A stretch of 64,000 bases of DNA from an uncultured Peptococcaceae bacterium (GCA_964569265.1 CAZMTO010000006.1:2366-66365); one strand, 5' to 3'; numbered from the stretch's first letter, positions 51,182 through 61,276 are shown. Numbers and translations are program-made. Notes: a model not told the origin generated them from the sequence alone.

Positions 51182-51832
51182 TTATTTTTGTGCCAACAGC
51201 AACACGCGCTGCTCAAAAAACTGCTTTTTTATCAGCAAAAAACCCCTGCTCTGCAACAGCTCCTCAGCTTCTGCCGTGCGGCTTTGCGGCAACAACAGGC
51301 AAAACACACCACCCACCGCCAACAGGCCATAAGCCGCCGCCAGCAAGTCGCCAAGCCCGCCAAACAGCTCGTGCGTGGCCGCCCTGCGCTCCGGCACCGG
51401 GCTAAGCCGCCCCGTGGTTTGCGGCCAAAACGGTGGGTTGCTCACCACCAAATCATAGGCCGCCGCCGGCAAAACATCTGCCCAATTTCGCCAATCAGAG
51501 CATACAAAACGGCATTTACCGGCAAAACCGGGCACATCGGCATTAAGCTGCAAACTGCGCTGCGCCAGCGCCACATTGGCCGGCATTATCTCTACCCCGG
51601 TGCAGCAGGCCGCCGGCAGACGCGCCCACAAAGCCAACAGCAAGCCGCCGTTACCACTGCCAAGCTCGCAAATACAGCGCGCGCCGGGTGCATTGGCCGC
51701 CGCAAATTCCGCCAGCCGCACCGAATCTCCCGAAAAGCAAAGATATTGCGTGTTTTGCAGCAATTTTAGCCCTTTAAGATGCAAATCTACAATTTCTTCG
51801 CTCAAATTATCTCTCCTTATAAAACACCGCAC
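51182..51832 (-). CDS. yabB: tRNA1(Val) A37 N6-methyltransferase-like protein (YabB/TrmN6)
   Basis: ELGSGNG SAM motif, SNPPF, synteny. Confidence 0.8.
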   Translation of the reverse strand: MRCFIRRDNLSEEIVDLHLKGLKLLQNTQYLCFSGDSVRLAEFAAANAPGARCICELGSGNGGLLLALWARLPAACCTGVEIMPANVALAQRSLQLNADVPGFAGKCRFVCSDWRNWADVLPAAAYDLVVSNPPFWPQTTGRLSPVPERRAATHELFGGLGDLLAAAYGLLAVGGVFCLLLPQSRTAEAEELLQSRGFLLIKKQFFEQRVLLLAQK

Positions 51833-51844
51833 GTCTTTTTTAGA

Positions 51845-52530
51845 TTATCTACCCAAAATCAAGGAACTGCAAGAGTGCCTTAGATGCAATCACAGGATAG
51901 CAGATGTGCCGCTATTGCCGGTTACCCACCCAAACCCAAGGAATTGCAAGAGTGGTGCAGATGCAAGGAATAGAATTTTGAGTCGACAGAGGCGTACAGA
52001 TGGTACGCCGACAAGCGAAAAATTATATGACACAGCAGATGTGCCGCTATTGTCAATTCCGCTTTAAAAGCCGCGCTAAAGTGGGTTTAATCTATTCCCG
52101 CCCACCGCCCTATATACGCCCTGCGGCGCGGCTTTTTTAGGCAATGATTACCCACCCAAACACAAGGAACTGCAAGAGTGAAACCTTTGTTAGCATACCG
52201 GATGGGCAAAAGTGCCTTAGATGCAATCACAAGACAGCAGATGTGCCGCTATTGCCGGTTACGCACCCAAACCCAAGGAATTGCAAGAGTGGTGCAGATG
52301 CAAGGAATAGAATTTTGAGTCGACAGAGGCGTACAGATGGTACGCCGACAAGCGAAAAATTATATGACACAGCAGATGTGCCGCTATTGTCAATTCCGAT
52401 ATACCGGATGGGCAAGAGTGCCTTAGATTTAGGTGAGTACGGCTGCGCGAGCGATTTAGGCGTACTGATAGTACGCCGCTGAGCCAAGCAGACAACGAGC
52501 CTAAAGATAAGGTGCTATTGTCCCTTCCGG
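51845..52530 (+). repeat. Structured repeat locus D (mosaic array)
   Basis: Two identical 121 nt type 1 units (51940-52060, 52277-52397), type 2 unit 52404-52530, module X 52066-52136, deleted units, four TTAC.CACCCAAA-like linkers. Confidence 0.95.
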
Positions 52531-52797
52531 TCAGTTTTTTAAAAAACTCTGACAAAACAAACACTCTTCCCCCTTGCGGCTCTGCGCAAAGTAAGTCGGG
52601 CAAATATGGTAGCCCTCATCATAAAGCTTACTAAGCTCCTCTACACCCTCGCTGCGAATATTTTCTTCACTAAGGCGCTCTAACAGACGGGCATTTTGCA
52701 CCTCTAAAGAGTCCACCTTAAGGCGAAGCTCCTGCAATTTATACTGCAAAGCACCTAATGCTTCCTCGATCTCTAAGATCTCGTTACGCAATGCCAT
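52531..52797 (-). CDS. yabA: Replication initiation control protein YabA (DUF972)
   Basis: Coiled coil, LYDEGYHIC...CLFC. Confidence 0.9.
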   Translation of the reverse strand: MALRNEILEIEEALGALQYKLQELRLKVDSLEVQNARLLERLSEENIRSEGVEELSKLYDEGYHICPTYFAQSRKGEECLFCQSFLKN

Positions 52798-53849
52798 TAT
52801 GCTCCCTCCGTCCCCGACGAATGTTCTTTATTTTGCGGTTTGCCGCCCCGACCGTTCTTTTTGCCGCCGCGCCAACGGCGCTTGTTGTTATGCGGGCGCT
52901 CTCCCTGCGGCTTTTCTTCCAAGTCAGCCATATCGTTGTTATCGGCTTTATCGGCTTTTGCCGGTTTGGCCGGTTTTTCCGCCTTGGGCTGTTTATCTGC
53001 CTTAGGCGGGCGGTTAGCCTTGGGTTTGGGCTGTTTGGCCGGTTTGGGCGGTTTAGGTGCAGCCGTCTCCGAATCTGCCACCGCTATCGATTCTTCCAAA
53101 TCTATTTCGTCAATAATATCCTCCGACATTGCCGCACTGCGCTGCGGGCAAGGTTTATCGGCGCAGGCCGCACAGTTATGATCACAGGCCGGTGCCAGAG
53201 GTTCGTCCGGCGCGTTTTCGTCATATTCATAATACAAACAACACATAAGCCTGCCGCACACACCGGATATTTTGGCCGGATTAAGCGCCAGATTTTGTTT
53301 TTTTGCCATTTTTATGGATACCGGATGAAAGCCGTTTAAAAAGGCCGCACAGCAAAGCTCTCGCCCGCAGGTAGAATAACCGCCAACCAGCCGTGCTTCG
53401 TCACGCACACCCACCTGCCTAAGCTCTATGCGCGCGTGAAAATGCGCCGCCAGCACCTTTACCAAATCTCTAAAGTCTACACGGTTATCCGACGAAAAAT
53501 AAAACACAATTTTGCTGCCGTCAAAAGAATACGCCACTTTTATAAGCTTCATCGGCAGGCCGGCTTCCAGTATCTGTTCCCGGCAATATTCAAACGCCGC
53601 CGGTTCGCGTTTTTTATAATCCTCAAAGCGCATTTCGTCGGCCACGGTAGCCACACGCATTATCGGCTTTAAGGGCTGCGGCAGGGACGCCGCATCAACC
53701 TCTTGCACGGGGGTAGATACCACACCGCAATCTAAACCGCGGCTGCTTTCTACCACCACGTTATCGCCAAGGCTAAGCTCCTGGTCGCCCACCTCAAAAT
53801 AATAAATTTTACCGGCTCGCTCAAAGCGAACACCCACAACCTGTGCCAT
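52797..53849 (-). CDS. yaaT: PSP1-domain protein YaaT/RicT
   Basis: RVDFRDLVK, RIELRQVGVRDEA, CGRELCC, CGRLMCCL; Pro/Lys-rich tail. Confidence 0.93.
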   Translation of the reverse strand: MAQVVGVRFERAGKIYYFEVGDQELSLGDNVVVESSRGLDCGVVSTPVQEVDAASLPQPLKPIMRVATVADEMRFEDYKKREPAAFEYCREQILEAGLPMKLIKVAYSFDGSKIVFYFSSDNRVDFRDLVKVLAAHFHARIELRQVGVRDEARLVGGYSTCGRELCCAAFLNGFHPVSIKMAKKQNLALNPAKISGVCGRLMCCLYYEYDENAPDEPLAPACDHNCAACADKPCPQRSAAMSEDIIDEIDLEESIAVADSETAAPKPPKPAKQPKPKANRPPKADKQPKAEKPAKPAKADKADNNDMADLEEKPQGERPHNNKRRWRGGKKNGRGGKPQNKEHSSGTEGA

Positions 53850-54102
53850 ATATAAAAAATCCTCTTTTCTAAAAATACACCGACAAACCGGCACCCAAGC
53901 CCGCTTATCAGCCGCAATTACACCAATATTAAGTGCCCCAAAAGCATTTGGTTACACTACGCCTATGATATAAATACCTTATCCTTTAGCCTATCATAAA
54001 TTGGGGCAAAACACAAGCCCGGCGGGCAATTTTTGCGCTTAAAATTATTTTTTGACCATAAAAAAAACGGCAGGTTTTACCCCGCCGCAGCATTTTAAGT
54101 AT

Positions 54103-55029
54103 TTATATTGCTTTGGTCTGCGCCGCCTGATACAACTGCAAAAACAGCACCGACAGCGTTAGCACACCGTTTACATTGCCCTCAATATCGCGCATAGCAT
54201 CTTCGGTAAGCAGGGCACAATTTAAGGCACCGCTGCGCCCCAGCACCGCGCCGCCGCCAAGCGGGTAGGCAGCATCTTCTCCGGCCGATTGTAACACCGC
54301 ACCAACTGCCTGTTCGTGCAGGGCAGCCAGCAGCTCGCCCAAAAACACACCTATAAGCTTTTTTTGCCCCACCGAATGTTTGTCATCTCTAAAGCTTTTT
54401 GCCAGCACCAACAGCTTTGCTCCGCTGTCCGGTGCAGCCAGCAGCTTAAACAGTTCACGACATTTGTCCTGCATAGCAGCCCTAAGCTCCTGCTCACGCG
54501 CCAGTTCGGGCAAAAGCTCGGTGTAATAAACATCGTTGCCCGGCGCCGCAAAATCTTCGGGCAGGCGCACCCATACCACACGTGACAAAATAGTTTCCAG
54601 CAGGCTGTCGCCCAGCGGTGCCGTCAAAATAAAAAACAGCCCCTGCGGCGGTTCTTCTAAAATTTTAAGCAGGCTGTTGGCTGCCGCCGCCAACATAGTA
54701 TGCGCCTGATGAATTATCACCACACGCCGTCCACCCTCGTAGGCCTCCAAATTAGCCATATACTGCATATCCCGCGTCTGGTCTATTTTTACACTGGCAC
54801 CGCGCGGCATTATCAACTGTAAATCCGGGTGGTTGCCTGCCGCCAGCTTGCGGCAACCGGCACACTGTCCGCAGGGTTGGCCGTCTGCCTGCAGGTTATG
54901 GCACAGCAACGCCTTGGCCAACTGCACCGCCTGTTCCAGCACCTGCTCCGGGCGGCCTGTTAGCAGCCACGCGTGGTTTATGCGCCCGGCAGACATTGTT
55001 TTTGCCAGCCTATCGTAAAGCATCCGCAC
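54103..55029 (-). CDS. holB: DNA polymerase III delta' subunit
   Basis: HAWLLTG, PCGQCAGC, HPD, AANSLLKILEEP. Confidence 0.9.
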   Translation of the reverse strand: MRMLYDRLAKTMSAGRINHAWLLTGRPEQVLEQAVQLAKALLCHNLQADGQPCGQCAGCRKLAAGNHPDLQLIMPRGASVKIDQTRDMQYMANLEAYEGGRRVVIIHQAHTMLAAAANSLLKILEEPPQGLFFILTAPLGDSLLETILSRVVWVRLPEDFAAPGNDVYYTELLPELAREQELRAAMQDKCRELFKLLAAPDSGAKLLVLAKSFRDDKHSVGQKKLIGVFLGELLAALHEQAVGAVLQSAGEDAAYPLGGGAVLGRSGALNCALLTEDAMRDIEGNVNGVLTLSVLFLQLYQAAQTKAI

Positions 55030-55666
55030 TCACCAAACCCTTCTGCACCAACAGCTTGCCCACTGCGGCCCTTATATCGTTTTGCACTGCCGCCACCGGC
55101 TTACAGGCATCTATACGCCGCACGCGCTCAGGTTCGGCCTGCCACATCGCCATATAACCGTCATATATCCGCTGATGAAAAGCCACCTGCTCCTGCTCCA
55201 TACGGTCAGCCGCGCCACGGCTTTTGGCACGCGCCAGCCCCTGCGACACCGGCATATCCAGCAGCAGCGTCATATCCGGCCAAAGCCCACCGGTAGCCTG
55301 TTCATTAAGCTGCCTTAGCCACGCCACACTTAAACCGCGGCCATAGCCCTGGTACGCCATATGAGAATCTATATAGCGGTCACAAAGCACCACCTGCCCG
55401 GCGTTTAATGCCGGCCGCAGCGCTTCTTCGGCGTGTTGTGCCCGGTCTGCCGCCATCAGCAAAGCCTCGGCAGTGGGGGTAAGGGCAGTGTTAGCCGGGT
55501 TTAGCAGCACCGCACGTATCTGCGCCCCAATTTGCCCGGCACCGGGTTCCCGCGTTTGCAGGCAGCTTAGCCCCAGCCCCGCCAGCCAATCGGCCAGCAG
55601 CCGCTGCTGTGTGGTTTTGCCTGCGCCCTCTACGCCTTCTAATGTTATAAACAAACCTTTGCTCAT
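55010..55666 (-). CDS. tmk: Thymidylate kinase
   Basis: EGVEGAGKTT, TREPG, DRY..S..AYQG. Confidence 0.96.
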   Translation of the reverse strand: MSKGLFITLEGVEGAGKTTQQRLLADWLAGLGLSCLQTREPGAGQIGAQIRAVLLNPANTALTPTAEALLMAADRAQHAEEALRPALNAGQVVLCDRYIDSHMAYQGYGRGLSVAWLRQLNEQATGGLWPDMTLLLDMPVSQGLARAKSRGAADRMEQEQVAFHQRIYDGYMAMWQAEPERVRRIDACKPVAAVQNDIRAAVGKLLVQKGLVSADALR

Positions 55667-55801
55667 ATGCCGCTCCCTGTTGTTAAATTTATACTTATAA
55701 TTTTACGGCAATTTACCGATTTGTCAATATTTTTTGTGCGGCGTCCGTGCCCGCCGCCCAATGTCGGCCAACGCTCCCGCTATCGACACCACAGCACCAC
55801 G

Positions 55802-57190
55802 CTACAGCACATCGGCCACCACACTTACCGTACCGTTGCCCAGCCCCTGCACCTCACCGGCAAAGGCTGCCAACATAGCTGCGGCCTCAGCGGTAATAAC
55901 TTCTCCCGGGCCAACGGCAGCAATACCCGGCGGATAAGGCGTAAGCACCCCGGCAGATACCCGCCCCACTGCCGCCGCCAACGGCACCTGCTGCCACGCT
56001 GCGTGCGCCGCCGCAAAGGGCGTAAGCACCGCTTTGGGCAGGGGCAAATCCGGGGCAGCCGCTACTGTGTTGGGCGTTTGCTGCGCCAAATAAGCTTCGG
56101 CAGCGGGCAAAGCCGCCAGCATAGCCGCATCGTCGGCATAGGTAAGCAACAGCAGGGCAAAACCGCCATCGGCAAATTCCGGCTCTACACCGGCCATACG
56201 CAGGGCCTGTGCTATTTGCCAGCCGCTGTGCCCACGGTTACTGCGCAGCAGCAACTTGGTATCATCATAAGCAAAATCCGCCGACAGGTCGGCAGCCGTT
56301 ACCATATGCAGGCAATCACAATCCGCCAGCAGCCCGGCCGCCATAGCCCGGTTCTGCCGCAAACGCTCGCCGCGGCAGGCACCGTACTGCTGCCATTCTG
56401 CCCGCGCCATATCCAGCGAGGCCAGCAACGGATACGACGGACTGGTGGTTTGCAGCAGGGTAAGCCACCTTTGCGGTGCCAATTCTCTACGGTTACACAG
56501 CAGCACTGCCGTTTGCCCCAGGCTGCCCATACTTTTGTGCCAGCTATCTATAACCATATCTGCGCCCAAACGCGCCGCCGCCAGCTCAGGTGCCGTAAAA
56601 GCAAAATGCGCGCCGTGCGCTTCATCAACAATAGTAATAACCCCGTGCCGCTTAGCCACCGCCAAAAGCTCCGGCAAATTGGGCAGCACGCCGTAAAAGC
56701 TGGGGTTTACCAAAAACACCGCCTTTACCTGCGGGTTTTTCGTCAAAGCATTATCTAACTGCTGCGGGGTAACAGCCAGCGCCAAACCGTTGGCCCGGGG
56801 CACCGGCAGCCATAGGGGGCGCACATCGCCAATAGCCATAGCCGACCACACCGAACGATGGGCATTGCGGGGCAGCAGCAGGGTATCGCCGGGGCGGCAG
56901 GCCGCCAAAATAGCCGCCTGAATACCCACCGTGGCACCGTTTACCAGCAAAAAAGCTTCATCTGCCCCCACCGCAGCCGCCATAAGCCGCTCAGCTTCGG
57001 CTATTGCCCCCACCGGCTCGTGCAGGTCATCAAGTCCGTCGGTCTCGGTTAAATCCCACGCCGCCAAACAACCAAAGCGCGAAAGATAGCCTTCCGCGCT
57101 TCCTTTATGGCCGGGCATATGGCCACGCACACGCCCCTTATCAATATACGCCTGCACAGCATCGGCCAGCGGCGTTTTAAAGCTGTTCAT
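55802..57190 (-). CDS. yaaO: Orn/Lys/Arg decarboxylase family PLP enzyme (YaaO-like)
   Basis: HMPGHK, DEAHGAH, SWHK, TTSPSY, PYPPGI; upstream of tmk. Confidence 0.88.
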   Translation of the reverse strand: MNSFKTPLADAVQAYIDKGRVRGHMPGHKGSAEGYLSRFGCLAAWDLTETDGLDDLHEPVGAIAEAERLMAAAVGADEAFLLVNGATVGIQAAILAACRPGDTLLLPRNAHRSVWSAMAIGDVRPLWLPVPRANGLALAVTPQQLDNALTKNPQVKAVFLVNPSFYGVLPNLPELLAVAKRHGVITIVDEAHGAHFAFTAPELAAARLGADMVIDSWHKSMGSLGQTAVLLCNRRELAPQRWLTLLQTTSPSYPLLASLDMARAEWQQYGACRGERLRQNRAMAAGLLADCDCLHMVTAADLSADFAYDDTKLLLRSNRGHSGWQIAQALRMAGVEPEFADGGFALLLLTYADDAAMLAALPAAEAYLAQQTPNTVAAAPDLPLPKAVLTPFAAAHAAWQQVPLAAAVGRVSAGVLTPYPPGIAAVGPGEVITAEAAAMLAAFAGEVQGLGNGTVSVVADVL

Positions 57191-57198
57191 AAATGCAC

Positions 57199-58461
57199 CT
57201 ACTTTAACTTCAGGCCGTCAAAGTCCAACGTCGCAAACAAATCAGCCATTGTTTCGGCACGTCTTATTTGCTTTATGCTGCCGTCGGCACAGCGCAAAAG
57301 CTCGGCACAACGCAGCTTACCGTTATAATTAAAGCCCATAGCCAAGCCGTGCGCACCGCTGTCGTGTATCACCAGCAGGTCACCCACCTCAATTTTGGGC
57401 AGTGCGCGGTTAATGGCAAATTTATCGTTATTTTCACACAGAGAACCAACCACATCATAGGTATGGTCAAGCGGCATATCAGCCTTGCCCAGCACCGTAA
57501 TATGGTGATACGCATCATACAGCGCCGGCCGCATAAGATGCGCCATACAGGCATCCACCCCAATATAATGGCGATAAGTATCCTTGGTGTGTACGGCACG
57601 GGTAACCAGCACACCGTGCGGCCCGGTCATCAGACGGCCGCTTTCCATAGCCAGCCCCACATCAGCCAAACCGGCAGGCACCAACAGACGTTCAAATTCG
57701 CGGCGTATACCGTCACCTACTGCGGCTACATCCAAATCGGCTTCGTCCGGGCGATACGCCAGCCCCAGGCCGCCGCCCAGGTTAATAAATTCTACCGACA
57801 CACCCAGCTTCTGCTTAATTTCTACCGCCAGATTAAACATCATTGTAGCGGTTTCTATCAAATAATCTGCCGCCAGCTCGTTAGAAACAATCATTGTGTG
57901 CAGACCAAAGCGCTTTACACCCTTAGTCAAACAAACTTCTACTGCCTTTAACAGTTGCGCGTGGGTCATGCCGTACTTGGCTTCTTCCGGCTTACCGATT
58001 ATGGCATTACCGCCGGCACGCTCGGCACCCGGATTATAGCGGAAGGATATAAGCTCCGGCAGGCCGCAGTTTTTTTCCAAAAAATCTATATGAGTAAAAT
58101 CGTCCAAATTTATGGTAGCCCCCAGCTCAAGCGCCTTGGCAAACTCCTCGGCGGGGGTGTTGTTAGATGTAAAGCAAATTTCGGCACCGCGCATACCAAC
58201 AGCTTCGGCCAGCAGCAGTTCGGCATAAGAGCTGCAATCTGCACCAATGCCTTCGTCCTTCATTATAGCCAAAATATGCGGGTTGGGCAGGGCCTTTACC
58301 GCGTAATGCTCTCTAAATTGGGGTGCCCACGCAAAAGCCGCCTTAAGCTGCTGCACCTGCCGCCTTATACCCCGCTCGTCATAAAGATGAAACGGCGTAG
58401 CAAACTGCTGTGCTGCCGCAATAATTTCTTCTTCGGGGCAAAAAAGATGTTTTTCTGCCAT
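57199..58461 (-). CDS. lysA: Diaminopimelate decarboxylase
   Basis: YAVKA (PLP lysine), NLGGG, ESGR, GSLCENND. Confidence 0.92.
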   Translation of the reverse strand: MAEKHLFCPEEEIIAAAQQFATPFHLYDERGIRRQVQQLKAAFAWAPQFREHYAVKALPNPHILAIMKDEGIGADCSSYAELLLAEAVGMRGAEICFTSNNTPAEEFAKALELGATINLDDFTHIDFLEKNCGLPELISFRYNPGAERAGGNAIIGKPEEAKYGMTHAQLLKAVEVCLTKGVKRFGLHTMIVSNELAADYLIETATMMFNLAVEIKQKLGVSVEFINLGGGLGLAYRPDEADLDVAAVGDGIRREFERLLVPAGLADVGLAMESGRLMTGPHGVLVTRAVHTKDTYRHYIGVDACMAHLMRPALYDAYHHITVLGKADMPLDHTYDVVGSLCENNDKFAINRALPKIEVGDLLVIHDSGAHGLAMGFNYNGKLRCAELLRCADGSIKQIRRAETMADLFATLDFDGLKLK

Positions 58462-58610
58462 TTATGTCAACTCCTTAGCTTGTCAGCAAATATCCGTGAT
58501 TATATTAAACCATTTGGCCGGGGCAAAAGTCAAGTGGCCCGGCGTATGTATACATTACATTTGCCGCGCACAAAAAAAGCGGCAGCCAAACGCCGCCGCC
58601 CCCCACTGTT

Positions 58611-58793
58611 TTACTGCTTGCCCTGCATACTCTGCTTTATAACCTGCTTCAGGTTAAGCACAGCCACAAACATACCAAACGCGCCGCACCACAACAGCCC
58701 GGCATACAACCAACTGCCGCCAAAGCCAAAAATTGCACCGCTTATAAGCAGCAAAAAGCCCGCCAACAACAACAGTTTTACAGCATCTTCCAT
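58611..58793 (-). CDS. Small two-TM hypothetical protein
   Basis: 60 aa hydrophobic ORF with a G-rich RBS and a downstream terminator-like stem. Confidence 0.55.
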   Translation of the reverse strand: MEDAVKLLLLAGFLLLISGAIFGFGGSWLYAGLLWCGAFGMFVAVLNLKQVIKQSMQGKQ

Positions 58794-58975
58794 ACGGTTG
58801 CCCCCCTAACTTATGCAGCTACCCTACCACAAAACAATTTATATTCGGCGTTTTATAATGCTTATTTTGTAACGCCCATTTTGTATTATAGTATCTGCGC
58901 CGCCGTTTGTCAACAGGCTGCATAAAAAAACAGGGCCGCCCGCCAATGGGGCAACCCTGCCTGTTTTATTTTAGT

Positions 58976-60934
58976 TTACTGCATTACACGCGCCAGTTTA
59001 GCCACTGCCGATGCTGCCATAGCACGGCTGGCGTTAGCCTTGGGTGCAAATTTATCACCGGTGTTGTTATCCACACCGCCGACAATACCGCCCTGCTGCA
59101 GGTTAGCCACTGCCTCGGTTGCGTAATCGGCAATATCCGCCGCATCGGTGTAGGTAATAGCCTTTTCGGTCGCTTTAAGCTCTATTTTAGCCAGCTCCTT
59201 TACATAACGGTTAAGCATAACCGTCATATCCTGGCGGCTAAGCTTGGCGTTAGGCTCAAAGCCGCCGGCACCGTTGCCATTGGTAAGCCCAACCTTGGCC
59301 GCCCAAGATACCGCCGGAGCAAACCAGTCACCTACTTTTACATCGTTAAATTCCTGCTTGGTGGGCTTAGTAAGCTCAGCGCCGCTTAATTTGGCCAGCA
59401 TCTGTGCAAATTCTGCTCTGGTCAGGGTGCTTTGCGGCTCAAAGTGGGTAGCATCCATACCGTTTACAATCTTCTTTTCATACAGGTACATAATTTCGTC
59501 TTTAGCCCAGTTACCGGCAATATCGACAAAAACCTCACCGTTGCCGGCAGGGGCCGCAGTTGCTGTTTTATCGGTGTTTTCGTAGCAGTAAAGTGCCGCA
59601 GCATCGTTATACCAAATCATACCGCCGTCATCGGCCAGCACCAAACTTTGGCTGCAATACTGTGCGCGGCCAATACCCTTTACAACCTCGTAATCAGCCT
59701 TGGTTTGCCCCTGGCTGTCTTTAATTATCCAAAGCTCGCTTTCATCATTTACCGGTGCATAGGGTACCATATAAATATAAACCTGATAATTGTTTTCTGC
59801 CGTAGCATAGGCCGTGCTTACTGCTGCCGAGCCCTTGGTTAAAATCGGCACCGAATAAATTTCCTTCATAGTTTTGGCATCAACTACGTGGAAGGGCTCC
59901 AGACTGCCCATTGTACCGCCGCCGCCGCCAATATACAGGCGGCCCCTGTAAATTACTGCCGACGATTGTGTACCGCCGTTTTTAGTGCCAGACTTCCATT
60001 CCAACGCCGTTGCTTTATCGGGCATACCGTCGGCCTTCAGCGCAAACGAGAATATCGATGCGCCGGAATCCGGGTTGTTGGCCGGTACATACAGGCGGTT
60101 GGTTTCTTCGCTGTAGGTAATGGTAGAATGGCTGTTGTAGCCTTCGCCCAAATCATACTTGGTCATTTCTCCGGTTTTGTATTTTACAACATACATAGTG
60201 CTGCCGCTGGCAAAATAGCAGTAATCACCTGCATAAGCTGCGCCGCAAAAGCTAAAGCCATACTTATTGTCGGTAGGCACATTCCACAGCATTTTTTTAA
60301 TTTCGTTGTTTTTGGTTTTATCCTCATCTTTTACGGTAAAGCCGGCATAACAGTTATTACGGCCATAGGTGCCGGTAACAATGTAACCGTCGTGGTACAT
60401 AATAGGCGACTGCATCTGCCCGCCGGGTATTGCTTCGGTAACATAAAGCTGCTTCAAGGTTTCGGCATCATACACACGTATAAAGCAAACCTTGCCCATA
60501 TCTACACCGTCATCATTAAGATTATCCTTTTGCACAGGCACAAAAATCATACCTTCGGCATAGGCGATATCAATAAAAAACTGATTTACCGGTTCGCCGT
60601 AAATTTGCACCGAGGCAACCTCTTTGCCGGTTTTAAGGTCTATTTTACGCAGATATTCCGAGCTGTAGCAATAAACATAGTCACCTACCAAAATAGGCGT
60701 ACCGGGAACATCCGTCCAGCCGCGCATACCGTTGTTGGCCGCCGAGCTTGTAGCCATATCCCAGCGCATACCAACAGCAGCACTGTCTTTAGGGGTAAGT
60801 GCCGAAGCCACACCCTGGCTGCCCTCCTCACCCAAAAACTGCGGCCAATCGGCAGCAAAAGCACCCGTGGTAAGCATAAACGCCGCCAGCATACCAGCCA
60901 AAGCACTGCCAACCTTTGTTCTTATCGTTTTCAT
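58976..60934 (-). CDS. Secreted PQQ-like beta-propeller protein with three C-terminal SLH domains
   Basis: Signal peptide AFA-ADWPQF.G, Trp/Gly propeller repeats (D..TGK, SP....G.I), three SLH motifs (TRAE, SRQD, SRAM). Confidence 0.85.
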   Translation of the reverse strand: MKTIRTKVGSALAGMLAAFMLTTGAFAADWPQFLGEEGSQGVASALTPKDSAAVGMRWDMATSSAANNGMRGWTDVPGTPILVGDYVYCYSSEYLRKIDLKTGKEVASVQIYGEPVNQFFIDIAYAEGMIFVPVQKDNLNDDGVDMGKVCFIRVYDAETLKQLYVTEAIPGGQMQSPIMYHDGYIVTGTYGRNNCYAGFTVKDEDKTKNNEIKKMLWNVPTDNKYGFSFCGAAYAGDYCYFASGSTMYVVKYKTGEMTKYDLGEGYNSHSTITYSEETNRLYVPANNPDSGASIFSFALKADGMPDKATALEWKSGTKNGGTQSSAVIYRGRLYIGGGGGTMGSLEPFHVVDAKTMKEIYSVPILTKGSAAVSTAYATAENNYQVYIYMVPYAPVNDESELWIIKDSQGQTKADYEVVKGIGRAQYCSQSLVLADDGGMIWYNDAAALYCYENTDKTATAAPAGNGEVFVDIAGNWAKDEIMYLYEKKIVNGMDATHFEPQSTLTRAEFAQMLAKLSGAELTKPTKQEFNDVKVGDWFAPAVSWAAKVGLTNGNGAGGFEPNAKLSRQDMTVMLNRYVKELAKIELKATEKAITYTDAADIADYATEAVANLQQGGIVGGVDNNTGDKFAPKANASRAMAASAVAKLARVMQ

Positions 60935-60999
60935 CGTGTATCCTCCTTATTTAAGCTGTTAATTTGTTTTTTTGCGTGCATATGTGCAAATTTACCGCG

Positions 61000-61036
61000 A
61001 AAAAAAAATCCCGCCGCCAAACATATGGCAGCGGAA
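61000..61036 (-). terminator. Riboswitch expression-platform terminator
   Basis: Minus strand CCGCTGCCA-loop-TGGCGGCGG followed by a T-run, between the riboswitch and the CDS. Confidence 0.75.
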
Positions 61037-61093
61037 CCGTATTCTCCCGTCTGTACAAGCCCTTTGTTTAAAACCGACAACCGTGGGCTTTTT

Positions 61094-61276
61094 AATCAAG
61101 CAGGTCTTCTGACTCCGGTTTGTTTTGCTCTGCCTGCCTTCTCACCCCACAGGGCAATGGCGAATTTTCATCCCCGGCAGATAAACCGTTACAGCGGCGG
61201 CTCCGCGCCGGATTTTCACCGGCTTCCCTTTTCACCCGGCGGGCAGCATACACACCACACCGCAGGCACTTGACCA
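61094..61276 (-). promoter_or_regulatory. Cobalamin riboswitch
   Basis: Minus strand AAAAGGGAAGCCGGTGAAAATCCGGCGCGGAGCCGCCGCTGT ... GCCATTG ... GAGAAGG ... B12 box GAGTCAGAAGACCTGC; extended -10 TGTTATAAT at 61296-61304. Confidence 0.93.

Noticed and set aside
52144-52603. ORFs within the repeat arrays (also 9753-10116, 26853-27424 and 51576-52067)
   Set aside because: Their peptide similarity merely reflects the DNA repeats; the conservation pattern follows base pairing, not codons.
58462-58610. Lysine riboswitch upstream of lysA
   Set aside because: The region is too short and lacks the consensus; only promoter-like and terminator-like sequence is present.
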